The translations under genes and the position numbers were made by a program. Positions 48,865 through 62,777 of a DNA stretch of 64,000 bases are shown here, piece by piece. Numbering within the stretch: position 1 is the first letter of the stretch; every line of letters begins with the position of its first letter. The stretch is taken from the NCBI GenBank assembly GCA_902563835.1, contig CACEZB010000001.1, forward strand, positions 42,217 to 106,216. The letters run 5' to 3'. The notes beneath the pieces were generated by a model that was given only the letters and a program-made list of their open reading frames with translations, was not told where the DNA came from and searched no databases. Origin of the DNA: an uncultured SAR86 cluster bacterium (GTDB lineage: Bacteria; Pseudomonadota; Gammaproteobacteria; Magnimaribacterales; D2472).

Positions 48865-49178
48865 TATTTTTTTAAGTCACCACCAAAAGATCTTACGGCA
48901 GATTTTATCTTATTTGATGCATCTTTATATGATAATTCACCAAAAGGCTTAAATACAGAAAACACCACCACCCCATCATATAACTCAAACAAAGACTCGG
49001 TTCTAAAAATTTCTTTTATTTTCCTTTTAATCTTATTTCTTTCAACTGCGAGCTTGAAAAATTTTTTAGAGATCGATATTTCAACCCCAGGACCTCCTCC
49101 ATCTCTATAAAAAAGCCTGAAGTGCTTACTTGTGAACACCTGTTTTTGAGAATTATATTTTTGCCTAGCGTTAGACAA
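48864..49178 (-). CDS. rnpA: ribonuclease P protein component
   Basis: 104 aa basic protein containing KLAVERNKIKRKIKE (RNR-type motif). Lies between rpmH and yidC. Confidence 0.85.
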   Translation of the reverse strand: MSNARQKYNSQKQVFTSKHFRLFYRDGGGPGVEISISKKFFKLAVERNKIKRKIKEIFRTESLFELYDGVVVFSVFKPFGELSYKDASNKIKSAVRSFGGDLKK

Positions 49179-49179
49179 A

Positions 49180-49314
49180 TTATGCGCTAAGAACCTTTCT
49201 GCCCTTTTTTCTTCTGTTTGACAAAATGGCTCTACCTGCCTTTGTAGACATTCTTGCGCGAAAGCCGTGTTTTCTTTTTCGCTTAAGGTTGCTTGGTTGA
49301 AATGTTCTTTTCAT
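49180..49314 (-). CDS. rpmH: 50S ribosomal protein L34
   Basis: Hand translation, below the ORF-track cutoff: [44 protein letters not shown]. Confidence 0.95.
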   Translation of the reverse strand: MKRTFQPSNLKRKRKHGFRARMSTKAGRAILSNRRKKGRKVLSA

Positions 49315-49406
49315 AATTTGTAACTAAAAGTGTTGCGAAATTATAGCTGAATATTTTTTTAAAGCCACAAAAAGAACAAAAAAGTAAACCATTTGTTATA
49401 TACAAG

Positions 49407-49415
49407 TTATCCACA
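49407..49415 (+). promoter_or_regulatory. consensus DnaA box
   Basis: Perfect TTATCCACA 33 nt upstream of the dnaA start. A degenerate TTATCCTGT follows at 49430-49438. Confidence 0.6.
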
Positions 49416-49447
49416 GAAAATTCTTATATTTATCCTGTAGATATCTT

Positions 49448-50785
49448 GTGAGTTTTTTAATAGACTATAAAAATCAAAAGGAGATCATATTGGAGCTTTG
49501 GAATAAGTGTTCTAAAAAACTTGAAAACACACTTTCTCAAGAGGACTTTAACACATGGATAAGGCCGTTAAAGGCTAGCGTTGAAAAAAACACACTAAGC
49601 CTTACTGCGCCCAATGATTTTATTCTAGATTATATAGAAAAAAACCTATCTGACGAAATAACAAAAATTTTAAAAATCCAGTCAAAAAAGAATATTAATT
49701 TAGTATTTAAAACCCACACAAAAGAAACATTTGTAGATAAATACAAATCAGACTCCAAAAACACCAAAACCAAACTGGTTGAGTCCTATACGTTTGAGAG
49801 TTTTGTTGAGGGAAAATCTAACCACCTCGCCCTGGCTGCAGCACAACAGGTTGCCAAAAACCCCAAAGGGGACTACAACCCCTTGTTTATATATGGAGGG
49901 GTTGGCTTGGGTAAGACCCATTTAATGCATGCGGTGGGCAATAAAATCTTACAAGACCAACCGAAAAAAAGAATAGTTTATGTGCATTCTGAGAAGTTTG
50001 TTTCAGACATGGTTAAAGCCCTACAATTGGGTGCAATGAATGAATTTAAGTCTTTTTATAGAAATGCTGATGCATTATTGATTGATGATATTCAGTTTTT
50101 TGCCGGCAAAGAGCAGTCTCAAGAAGAGTTTTTCCATACATTTAATGCTTTGTTAGACAGAAACAATCAGATGATTTTAACCTGTGACAAGTACCCAAAA
50201 GAAATAGATGGTTTGGAGGAAAGATTAAAGTCTAGGCTTGGTTGGGGGTTGCCGGTTGTAATCGACCCACCAGAATTAGAAACAAGAGCAGCAGTGCTGC
50301 TAAGCAAGTCATCATCTATGGGTGTTTTGCTTCCAAATGACTGTGCTATATATATAGCGCAAAGGATTAGATCAAACATAAGGGAGCTCGAAGGGGCCCT
50401 AAAAAGAGTGGTTGCCAACGCAAGATTTACAAACCAGGAAATCGATTTAGCCCTTGTAAAGGATGCATTAAAAGACCTTTTTGTAATTTCAGCAAAAATG
50501 GTAAGTATAGAAAACATTCAAAAAACAGTTGCAGAATATTACAACATTAAACTGTCAGATCTTTTATCTAAAAGAAGAAGTAGGTCCATTACTAGGCCAA
50601 GACAGATGGCTATGGCCCTAACAAAAGAACTTACAAACCACAGTCTGCCAGAAATAGGAGAAGCTTTTAACGGGAGAGATCACACCACGGTTTTACATGC
50701 ATGTAAAAAAATTATTGAACTAAGAAAGGAAAACCCATCCCATGAAGAGGATTACAGGAACCTAAACAGAGCGCTTACAAACTAA
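49448..50785 (+). CDS. dnaA: chromosomal replication initiator protein DnaA
   Basis: 445 aa with a GTG start (alternative starts are possible). AAA+ Walker [10 protein letters not shown] and a C-terminal DnaA-box-binding HTH (DHTTVLHA). Confidence 0.95.
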   Translation: MSFLIDYKNQKEIILELWNKCSKKLENTLSQEDFNTWIRPLKASVEKNTLSLTAPNDFILDYIEKNLSDEITKILKIQSKKNINLVFKTHTKETFVDKYKSDSKNTKTKLVESYTFESFVEGKSNHLALAAAQQVAKNPKGDYNPLFIYGGVGLGKTHLMHAVGNKILQDQPKKRIVYVHSEKFVSDMVKALQLGAMNEFKSFYRNADALLIDDIQFFAGKEQSQEEFFHTFNALLDRNNQMILTCDKYPKEIDGLEERLKSRLGWGLPVVIDPPELETRAAVLLSKSSSMGVLLPNDCAIYIAQRIRSNIRELEGALKRVVANARFTNQEIDLALVKDALKDLFVISAKMVSIENIQKTVAEYYNIKLSDLLSKRRSRSITRPRQMAMALTKELTNHSLPEIGEAFNGRDHTTVLHACKKIIELRKENPSHEEDYRNLNRALTN

Positions 50786-51873
50786 TGGATTTTTATATAT
50801 CAAAAGAAGAGGTTGTTAAATCCCTTAATAAAACCATAAGCGTCGTAGAAAAAAGGCACACCAAACCAATTCTTTCAAATGTGCTTATTGAGGTGGATGA
50901 AAGCTCTTTAAAACTCACCACCACAGACCAAGATAGTGAAATATCAACAAGATCCATTATTTCAAACTTTAAAAGCGGGGGAAAAACAACAGCTCCAGCA
51001 AGAAAACTTTATGATTTATGTAGATTGCTGCCCGATTTAACAGAAATTCATATTTTTTTAGATGGCTATAATCTAAAAATTGAGACAGAATTAGGAAAAT
51101 ATAATATTCCTACCTTGCCAAGTGAGGACTTTCCTCTTTTAGAGCCTGATGAAGTGAAATCACAAATTAACATCTCATCAAAAAATCTTAATACAATAAT
51201 ATTAAATACATATTTTGTAATAGAGATTCAAGGTCGTAAGGATTATCTAAACGGTCTTTATTTATCAATAGACGACAAAACCATTACCGCGGTAGCAGCC
51301 GACGGTCATAGAATGGCAATAGATTCAGCAACACTAAATGAGGCAGTATCAGAAAATATAGATGGAATAGTTCCCAAAAAAGCTATAATTGCAATAGGAA
51401 AGCTTGTTGGTGAAGAATCAGAAAACGCTGTTATTAAATTAGGCCGCACCACTATCTCAGTTAATATTTCAGGAACAACATTTGTTAGCAACTTGATTGG
51501 GAGAAAATTTCCAGACTATGAACAAGTTATTCCATCTGGTGAAAGTTCGACATTAGTAGTTGATAGAAAAATGTTTTCAGAAAGCATAAGCAGGGTGAGT
51601 GTATTATGTGGCGACGACTATAAAGGGATAAAATTTTTAACAAAAGAAAACTCTCTTATTATTTCTGCGATCAACAAAGGGGGTGAAGAAAATTTAGTTT
51701 GCGAATATAAGGGTGAGGAAATCGAAATAGGATTTAATGTATATTATTTACAACAAATTTTATCTACCATAAATTCTGACAAAGTTGTGATCGATTTTTT
51801 TGGTTCGAAGAGTTGCATAATAACAGACCCAAACTCAAACAGTCTTAAATATGTAGTTATGGCATTTATATAA
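50785..51873 (+). CDS. dnaN: DNA polymerase III subunit beta (sliding clamp)
   Basis: 362 aa. Assigned from position after dnaA and the clamp sequence pattern. Confidence 0.93.
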   Translation: MDFYISKEEVVKSLNKTISVVEKRHTKPILSNVLIEVDESSLKLTTTDQDSEISTRSIISNFKSGGKTTAPARKLYDLCRLLPDLTEIHIFLDGYNLKIETELGKYNIPTLPSEDFPLLEPDEVKSQINISSKNLNTIILNTYFVIEIQGRKDYLNGLYLSIDDKTITAVAADGHRMAIDSATLNEAVSENIDGIVPKKAIIAIGKLVGEESENAVIKLGRTTISVNISGTTFVSNLIGRKFPDYEQVIPSGESSTLVVDRKMFSESISRVSVLCGDDYKGIKFLTKENSLIISAINKGGEENLVCEYKGEEIEIGFNVYYLQQILSTINSDKVVIDFFGSKSCIITDPNSNSLKYVVMAFI

Positions 51874-51879
51874 TATAAA

Positions 51880-55581
<3,702 letters not shown>

Positions 55582-55582
55582 T

Positions 55583-56929
55583 TTATGATTGTATTTTTTC
55601 TTTTAAATATTCAGATAACTTATTAATATTTAATCTAGTTTGGCTCATTGTATCTCTGTCTCTAATGGTTACCGCATTATCATCAAGTGACTCAAAATCT
55701 ACAGTAATACAAACCGGGGTACCAATTTCATCATGTCTTCTGTATCCCTTTCCGATGTTGCCTGTATTTTCGAGAAAAATTCTTCCTAAGCCAATATTTT
55801 GAAGATCATCCTTAATTTTTTTAGCTGTATTAACAAGCTCTTCGTTGTTCTTCTTAAGGGGAATTACAGCTGCTTTTATTGGGGAAAGATGGGGTTGAAG
55901 TTTTAAGACTGTTCTAGTTTTACCATCATCAAGTTCTTCAATTGTATATGCTTCATTTAAAATTGCTAGAAAACCTCTTTCAACTCCAGCAGAAGGCTCT
56001 ATAACAAAAGGAACAACCCATTCTCCATCTTCATCTCGTACAGCAAGCTTGCTATTAGAATCTTTATTTGAAGCGACTTTAGATTTTATGCCTAATTCAT
56101 TTTGCTTTTTAGAATGTGATCCCAAGTCAAAATCAGTTCTATTTGCAATGCCCTCAAGCTCTTCAACACCATGTGGAAATTTATACATTATATCAACTGT
56201 TTTCTTTGAGTAATGTGCAAGCTCATCCTTGGGTACATCATAAATCTCAATACTTTCTGTGGGTACACCCTGTTTATTCCACCATTTTATCCTATTTTGT
56301 ACCCATAATTTATGCGCCTCTTCATCTTTTCCAGGACTAACAAAATATTCTAATTCCATTTGTTCAAACTCTCTAACTCTAAAAATAAAATTCCTAGGTG
56401 TAATTTCATTTCTAAAGGCTTTACCAATTTGCGCTATTCCAAATGGAAGCGAGTTAGAGGTCGAATCTAGTACATTTTTAAAATTTGTGAAGATTTGTTG
56501 AGCTGTTTCTGGCCTTAAATATGCAAAGTTTGCCCCATCATCAACAGGGCCCACATTAGTTTTAAACATTAGATTAAACTGTCTTGGCTCTGTTAAGTCT
56601 TCCTTTTTACAACTATTAGGGACTTGATCTGCCCTAAATCTTAAATTGCAGGACTTGCAGTCAACCATTGGGTCTGAAAATGTATCCTCATGTCCAGAAT
56701 ACTTTAAAATTAAAGGATTTGTAAGAATTGCTGCATCAATACCTTCAATATTATCATTTTCATAAATCATAGATCTCCACCAGGAGTTTTTTAAGTTATT
56801 TTTTAACTCAACTCCAAGTGGCCCATAATCGTAAACTCCTTGTAAACCACCATATATTTCAGCAGATTGATATATAAAACCCCTTCTTTTGCACAGAGCT
56901 ACCAGCTCATCCATATTTTTTGCAGCCAA
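55583..56929 (-). CDS. glyQS: glycine--tRNA ligase, single-chain (alpha2 dimer, GlyQS) type
   Basis: 448 aa. The N-terminus ...[28 protein letters not shown] is typical of the dimeric class II GlyRS. Confidence 0.88.
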   Translation of the reverse strand: MAAKNMDELVALCKRRGFIYQSAEIYGGLQGVYDYGPLGVELKNNLKNSWWRSMIYENDNIEGIDAAILTNPLILKYSGHEDTFSDPMVDCKSCNLRFRADQVPNSCKKEDLTEPRQFNLMFKTNVGPVDDGANFAYLRPETAQQIFTNFKNVLDSTSNSLPFGIAQIGKAFRNEITPRNFIFRVREFEQMELEYFVSPGKDEEAHKLWVQNRIKWWNKQGVPTESIEIYDVPKDELAHYSKKTVDIMYKFPHGVEELEGIANRTDFDLGSHSKKQNELGIKSKVASNKDSNSKLAVRDEDGEWVVPFVIEPSAGVERGFLAILNEAYTIEELDDGKTRTVLKLQPHLSPIKAAVIPLKKNNEELVNTAKKIKDDLQNIGLGRIFLENTGNIGKGYRRHDEIGTPVCITVDFESLDDNAVTIRDRDTMSQTRLNINKLSEYLKEKIQS

Positions 56930-57048
56930 TTATGATTCTCCAGTAAAAGTAAACATTTGTTGATTTAAGATTAATTATATTATCCGTTAACTTTTATATA
57001 TAACTATTATATTATCTTATGATTATATATTATTCACAACAATAGATT

Positions 57049-57915
57049 ATGATGAAATCATTATTTTATACATTATCTTTTATTCCAAAGCCTCTATTCT
57101 CTTACTTTGTAGATATTTATTTATTTTTTAAGATTTTTAAATTATTTACATCATATAAAATAACAAAGGCAAATTTAGAGATTGCTTTCCCAGAAGCTAA
57201 AATAAAAGAAATTGAGCTTATGTCTAAACTCAGCATTAGAGAATCAATAATATCTGGATATGAGACTATTTATACTTGGGGCAGAAGAGATTTTGATTCA
57301 AATAATCATATATTTAAAATAAAAAATAATTTTTTATTAAATTCTTTAACAAAACAAGATCAAGGCCTCATTGCTGTAGCTTTTCATAACAGGAGTGTTG
57401 ACATGTTACTTAAGTGGATTAATTCTCAAGTTAAAACAATTAGCTTATACAAGAAAATTAAAATTAAATTCCTTAGTAATTTTGTTAAGAAAGATAGAGA
57501 GTCAGGGGGCTCTAAAACTTTTGAAACTTCAATAGGCGGAGTAAGAGAAATGCTTAAAGCACTTAATAAGAGAAAAACAGTTGTATTTGCTGCCGACCAA
57601 GTACCCAAAAGAGGCTTTGGAGAATATTTAAAATTTTTTAATAAAGAAGTATATTCAACAACCCTAGTACAGTCGCTTGCTACTAAGACAGGCTCTCCTG
57701 TAATTTATTTTTACATAAAGTCTAACCCTGGAAACTTTTTATCAGTTACAATAAAACGTTGTAGTAACAATATATATGATGATAGTAAGCACAAACTATT
57801 GTTAAATAAAGATATAGAAATGATGATAAAAGAAAGGCCAGTAGATTATTCTTGGGAATACAAAAGGTTTAGAAGAAATAAAGACATTAATGAAAATCCA
57901 TATATCGATATATAA
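57049..57915 (+). CDS. lipid A biosynthesis (Kdo)2-lipid IVA acyltransferase family protein (LpxL/HtrB-like)
   Basis: 288 aa with an N-terminal TM segment and a LABLAT-family pattern (AFHNRSVD..., AADQ). Confidence 0.6.
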   Translation: MMKSLFYTLSFIPKPLFSYFVDIYLFFKIFKLFTSYKITKANLEIAFPEAKIKEIELMSKLSIRESIISGYETIYTWGRRDFDSNNHIFKIKNNFLLNSLTKQDQGLIAVAFHNRSVDMLLKWINSQVKTISLYKKIKIKFLSNFVKKDRESGGSKTFETSIGGVREMLKALNKRKTVVFAADQVPKRGFGEYLKFFNKEVYSTTLVQSLATKTGSPVIYFYIKSNPGNFLSVTIKRCSNNIYDDSKHKLLLNKDIEMMIKERPVDYSWEYKRFRRNKDINENPYIDI

Positions 57916-59352
57916 CTATTTCGCCCAGAACATAGGGGTTAAAATCACAAGCAAAGTAAATATTTCCAAACGACCTAAAAGCATAGCAAAAGCTAGCACC
58001 CCTTTTGTAAAGGGGCTAATGTTCGAATAGTTTTCTGAAACAACCCCAAGACCAGGACCTAGATTATTTAAGCATGCCCCTACTGCTGAGAATGCAGACT
58101 CAAAATCCAAGCCAGAGACTAGAGTAATTAACAAAAGAATAACAAAAGATATTACATATATTGAGAAAAAGCCCCAGACAGATGTGGCTACTTGATCATC
58201 AACATTTTTGGCTCCTATTTTTAATGATAATACTGAATTTGGATGAATTATTTTCATAATATTTTTATATGCATGATTTAACATTATTAAAACCCTCCAA
58301 GACTTAACACCCCCTCCAACAGACCCAGAACAAGCTCCAATAAAAGCACCTATTAACAATAAAAATGATATTGAAAAAGGCCAATCAGACGTGCTTGATA
58401 TCGAAAAGCCTGTGGTTGTTAGCATCGAAACACTATGAAACAATATTTCTCTAGAAGAGGGAGAGCTACTTACATCATTAAAAGTTGATAGCAACAGAGA
58501 TATTAATATTATTAGCAATAATATTGAAAAAAAGAATCTTAGCTCAGGGTCATAAACATACTTTAATGGTTTTCTTTTATATATTGCGAAATAGTGAAGA
58601 GTAAAACTAAATGCAGACAGAAGCATGAAAGTTATGCAAATTAGTTCTATTGAAAAGCTATTAAAGAATCCAATACTTTCATCATGTGTTGAAAAACCAC
58701 CAATCGCAACTGTAGACATAGCATGAGATACAGCGTCAAAAAAACTCATTCCATTTATATAATATAAGAGTGCACATAAAACAGTGAGGCCAAAATAAAT
58801 TGACCATAATGCTTGAGCAGTTTCTTTGATTCTAGGGGTTAATCTTTGTTCTCCCATTGCTCCAGGTATCTCAGTTTTATAAATTTGACCACCACCAATT
58901 CCTAGTAATGGCATAACTGCTATAGCAAGAACTATTAAGCCCATTCCTCCCATCCATTGTAATAATTGTCTATAAAACAATAATGACTCTGGTAGAGCTT
59001 CAATATTAGAGATTGCTGTTGCTCCTGTTGTTGTTATACCAGACATTGATTCAAATATGGAATCTATCCCTGACATCCCGCTAAGATAAAAAGGAATTGA
59101 TCCTGCAAGAGACAAAACTATCCAAAAAAGAACAATTATTACAAAGCCATCTTTTTGTGAGAGATTGTTGTCGGCTCCTCTAGTTATAAATGCGCCTAAT
59201 GAACCCAGCAGGGCAATAAGAACCAAAGTTATAATAAATATTTTTAATGCACCATCATTAAAGATAATAGAAACCACTATAGGCAATATATAAGAGAAGC
59301 TAAAAAATAAAATTAATATACTAAAAAGATTTAATATTGATTTTAAGTTCAT
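57916..59352 (-). CDS. trkH: Trk-type potassium uptake protein TrkH
   Basis: 478 aa, multi-TM, with repeated selectivity-filter-like GGF/TTTG motifs. Adjacent to trkA. Confidence 0.88.
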   Translation of the reverse strand: MNLKSILNLFSILILFFSFSYILPIVVSIIFNDGALKIFIITLVLIALLGSLGAFITRGADNNLSQKDGFVIIVLFWIVLSLAGSIPFYLSGMSGIDSIFESMSGITTTGATAISNIEALPESLLFYRQLLQWMGGMGLIVLAIAVMPLLGIGGGQIYKTEIPGAMGEQRLTPRIKETAQALWSIYFGLTVLCALLYYINGMSFFDAVSHAMSTVAIGGFSTHDESIGFFNSFSIELICITFMLLSAFSFTLHYFAIYKRKPLKYVYDPELRFFFSILLLIILISLLLSTFNDVSSSPSSREILFHSVSMLTTTGFSISSTSDWPFSISFLLLIGAFIGACSGSVGGGVKSWRVLIMLNHAYKNIMKIIHPNSVLSLKIGAKNVDDQVATSVWGFFSIYVISFVILLLITLVSGLDFESAFSAVGACLNNLGPGLGVVSENYSNISPFTKGVLAFAMLLGRLEIFTLLVILTPMFWAK

Positions 59353-60707
59353 TATTTAGTTTTAAACAGAACCTCAACTTCAGATATAACCCTCTTATCA
59401 GCCAAGAACATAATTAGATGATCATTTACAGAAAGATCAATCTCGGATGTAGGCATTATTAATTGGTCATTCCTTATAACAGCTCCTATAGAAACTCCCT
59501 CAGGTAAGGGTATATCTTTTATAGGCTTGCCAAATAAATTTGAAGTAAACTCGTTTGCATGCACTATTCCCTCTATTGCTTCGGCGCCTGTGTCCATTTT
59601 TAATATTACATCTTGAGCAACATCGCTTTCTCTAAGATCTTGCAAAACAGATGAAACAGTGAGTCTGTAAGGCGCTATATAAATATCTATAAAGCCAGGA
59701 ACAAGCCCTAAGTAAGATGGGTTGTTTAAAATAATCATTGTTTTCTTGGCGCCCATTTTTTTAGCAAGTAGCGAGGACATTAGATTAGTCTCATCATCGT
59801 TTGTAAGCGCACAAAAAATATCTATATTTGAAATATTTTCACTTTTTAGAAGGTCTTCATCAGTTGCTGATCCATGTAAAACAATTGTTTTATCTAATTT
59901 TTTTGATAAGGCAGAGCATTTAGCCTCATTTGATTCAATTAATTTAGTTTTATAAGAGTCCTCAATTTCTTTTGCTAATGAAGAACCTATCTTTCCACCA
60001 CCCACAATCATTACTCTTGAATAAACATCTTCTGGGTCTCGAAACTCATTAACAATCTCATCAATATTAGAAGCAGAAGAAATAAAGTATATTTCATCAT
60101 TTTCTTTAATTATTGAATCACCTGAAGGAATAAAGGGTTTTCCCTTTCTATAAATAGATGCTACAAAAGCATCAGCATACGGCATGTCTTCTTTGATACC
60201 TTTTAGCTCTCTTCCAACAAGCTTACCCTTTTTCTTTGCTTTTACATTTACTAGATTAACTTTACCATCAGCAAAATTTTCGATCTGCTGAGCCCCAGGG
60301 TGAAATATAAGCTCTTTGAGGTGTGACATGACTTCATTTTCAGGACTAATCACAACATCAATGACTTTTTCGCCAAAAATCTCTAGATTATCAGAATAAG
60401 ATTCTTCAGCAAGCCTGCAAATAGTCTTATTTACTTTAAACTTTTTTTTGGCTATTTGGCAGCCAATAACATTTACTTCATCGTTTGAAGTTACAGCTAT
60501 AACTGTTGTTGAATCATCGGCTCCAGCTTTTTTTATTGATATTGGGTGTGCTGCATGACCTTCAACAGTCATAATATCTAAATTTTCTTCTAAAGATGAT
60601 AATGCGCTTTTATCAAGATCTATAACAGATACGTCATAACCATTATCAACGAGCTCTCTAGCTAAACTTCCTCCAACGCGCCCAGCACCCAAAATTAGTA
60701 TCTTCAT
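59352..60707 (-). CDS. trkA: Trk system NAD-binding regulatory protein TrkA
   Basis: 451 aa with two RCK/KTN halves (ILGAGRVGG, IVGGGKIGS). Confidence 0.9.
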   Translation of the reverse strand: MKILILGAGRVGGSLARELVDNGYDVSVIDLDKSALSSLEENLDIMTVEGHAAHPISIKKAGADDSTTVIAVTSNDEVNVIGCQIAKKKFKVNKTICRLAEESYSDNLEIFGEKVIDVVISPENEVMSHLKELIFHPGAQQIENFADGKVNLVNVKAKKKGKLVGRELKGIKEDMPYADAFVASIYRKGKPFIPSGDSIIKENDEIYFISSASNIDEIVNEFRDPEDVYSRVMIVGGGKIGSSLAKEIEDSYKTKLIESNEAKCSALSKKLDKTIVLHGSATDEDLLKSENISNIDIFCALTNDDETNLMSSLLAKKMGAKKTMIILNNPSYLGLVPGFIDIYIAPYRLTVSSVLQDLRESDVAQDVILKMDTGAEAIEGIVHANEFTSNLFGKPIKDIPLPEGVSIGAVIRNDQLIMPTSEIDLSVNDHLIMFLADKRVISEVEVLFKTK

Positions 60708-60763
60708 ATGGTGTAAATTAAACCTCTTTGTAAATAATTCAAGAGCTAAGTTAAAAATAAATT

Positions 60764-61684
60764 TTATTTAAAGAATTCTTGATAAGAGTTATATACATCT
60801 ATGGAAGAGATAGGATTCTTATTTGGAAATTGTAAGTGAGTAACTACTATCACCCTATCCCTTGTATTAAAGTAAATTCCTGATTTACGTATTTCAAGTA
60901 AGTCTCCTGGGTTCCCAGTACTTTTTATATTAGTAACCTCTAAACCATGTATTTTTATGGCCACTCCTTTATATATAAAATTTAGCCCAGGCCACACAAA
61001 ATAAGCTCTAAACTTGTTAATAATATTTTTACTTTCATCGTCAAAATTTATTAAAGAGTCCCTCTTTGTTATCTTTTTACAGTATGTAGCTTTTGAATTA
61101 TCTTGTGCTTTGAATGAAATCTTATTATTTGAAATATTATTTAAAACTTCTGAAATATTATCCATACATAATGATGTTAAATTTTCTTCAAGTGTTAATT
61201 TATTATCAGAATCATTAATATCAATATCATGTGATGAAATAATATCACCAGCATCTAATTTGCTTGAAATCTTGATATAAGTTATTCCAGTTTTTTTGTC
61301 TCCATTTAAAAGCGCTGATTGAATAGGTGAGGCACCTCTATATTTAGGTAACAAAGAAAAATGAATATTGACCGAGCAAATTGCAGGCATCTCTAAAAGC
61401 CAATCAGGTAATATTTTTCCATAAGCTATAACTATTAAATAATCGACTTTTATTAATTTTATCTCATTAATTATATGATCATCTTTTAAGTCACTAGGCT
61501 TATATAAAGGAATATTATATTTTTTAGCTAAAGAAGAAACCTCTGACTCTAAGAGCTTGTTTCCTCTTTTACCTTTTTTATCTGGTTGGGTAAGAGCTCC
61601 AACAATATTGAAATCATCATTATCTATTAAACACTGAAGTATATCTGCAGAGCTTTTTGGAGTTCCTGCAAATAAAATGTTCAT
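60764..61684 (-). CDS. fmt: methionyl-tRNA formyltransferase
   Basis: 306 aa containing NIHFSLLPKYRGASPIQ. Synteny def-fmt. Confidence 0.93.
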   Translation of the reverse strand: MNILFAGTPKSSADILQCLIDNDDFNIVGALTQPDKKGKRGNKLLESEVSSLAKKYNIPLYKPSDLKDDHIINEIKLIKVDYLIVIAYGKILPDWLLEMPAICSVNIHFSLLPKYRGASPIQSALLNGDKKTGITYIKISSKLDAGDIISSHDIDINDSDNKLTLEENLTSLCMDNISEVLNNISNNKISFKAQDNSKATYCKKITKRDSLINFDDESKNIINKFRAYFVWPGLNFIYKGVAIKIHGLEVTNIKSTGNPGDLLEIRKSGIYFNTRDRVIVVTHLQFPNKNPISSIDVYNSYQEFFK

Positions 61685-61702
61685 AAAATCAATTAAAGTA
61701 CA

Positions 61703-62212
61703 CTATTTTCTGTTATATTCTTTTAAAAGTCTGCTTCGTACCCTATCTCTTTTTAGGGCGCTTACATAATCAACCATTAGTTTGCCTTCTAAATGATCAA
61801 TTTCATGCTGAATACATACTGTTAGAAGGCCTTCAGGCTTGTCAATATGTTCATTTCCATCCAAATCCTGCCATCTTAATTCAATTTTATCAGGGCGGGC
61901 TATAACCTCATTAAACCCGGGAATAGAAAGACAGCCTTCCTCAAACTCATATAGGCTATGATTTTCAAGGATTTTGTATGTTGGATTTATAAATATTTTG
62001 GGATCATCTCTATTTTCTGATAAATCCATAACAATAAGTCTTATATGCTGGTCTACCTGAGTAGCCGCTAGACCTATACCATTTGCATCATACATTGTCT
62101 TTAGCATAGAATTTGCTAAATTTTCTAGACTTTTGTCGAATTTTGTAATTTTTTCAGCAACTTTTCTTAATCTTGGATCTGGAAAGATTAATATTTTTAA
62201 ATTTTTAGCCAT
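61703..62212 (-). CDS. def: peptide deformylase
   Basis: 169 aa with the GIGLAATQ, EGCLS and HEIDHL motifs. Confidence 0.95.
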   Translation of the reverse strand: MAKNLKILIFPDPRLRKVAEKITKFDKSLENLANSMLKTMYDANGIGLAATQVDQHIRLIVMDLSENRDDPKIFINPTYKILENHSLYEFEEGCLSIPGFNEVIARPDKIELRWQDLDGNEHIDKPEGLLTVCIQHEIDHLEGKLMVDYVSALKRDRVRSRLLKEYNRK

Positions 62213-62276
62213 AAACCATATTTTTTCATTATAATTGCGAGATTATAATCTAGTTAATTATTTAAGAGTACAAAAA

Positions 62277-62777
62277 ATGACAAATCAAACAATACAAGTA
62301 GCAATAATTATGGGATCTGACTCAGATTTACCCATTGTAGAGGCAATTTTCCCAATTTTAGACTCATTTGGAGTGAAATTTACTAAAAACGTTATGTCTG
62401 CGCATAGAACACCACATGATGTAATGGAGTTAATAAAAAACTCAGAAGAAAATGGTTGCAAGGTATTTATTGCAGCTGCAGGTATGGCAGCCCATTTAGC
62501 TGGTGCTATTGCGGCTCATTCTACTAGGCCGGTTATAGGCATTCCCATTGAATCTGGCGGCATGGGAGGTATTGATTCATTATTATCTACTGCAATGATG
62601 CCACCAGGAGTTCCAGTTGCAACAGTTGCAGTTGGTAAAAGCGGAGCTAAAAACAGTGCAATATTAGCTGTTCAGATTCTTGCAACAAGTGATGATGATC
62701 TTGCTAAAAAACTTATCGAGTATAAACAAAATATGAGATCTGAGGTTTTAGAAAAAGATAAAAAATTAAACTCATAA
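62277..62777 (+). CDS. purE: 5-(carboxyamino)imidazole ribonucleotide mutase
   Basis: The ATG at 62277 gives MTNQTIQVAIIMGSDSDL... and is preferred over the TTG at 62235. Confidence 0.9.
   Translation: MTNQTIQVAIIMGSDSDLPIVEAIFPILDSFGVKFTKNVMSAHRTPHDVMELIKNSEENGCKVFIAAAGMAAHLAGAIAAHSTRPVIGIPIESGGMGGIDSLLSTAMMPPGVPVATVAVGKSGAKNSAILAVQILATSDDDLAKKLIEYKQNMRSEVLEKDKKLNS

Noticed and set aside
48864-48866. Absence of yidD between rnpA and yidC
   Set aside because: The rnpA stop and the yidC start overlap (TAATG), so there is no room for a yidD ORF. This is probably genuine loss or relocation in a streamlined genome. It cannot be evaluated from this window and is of low interest.
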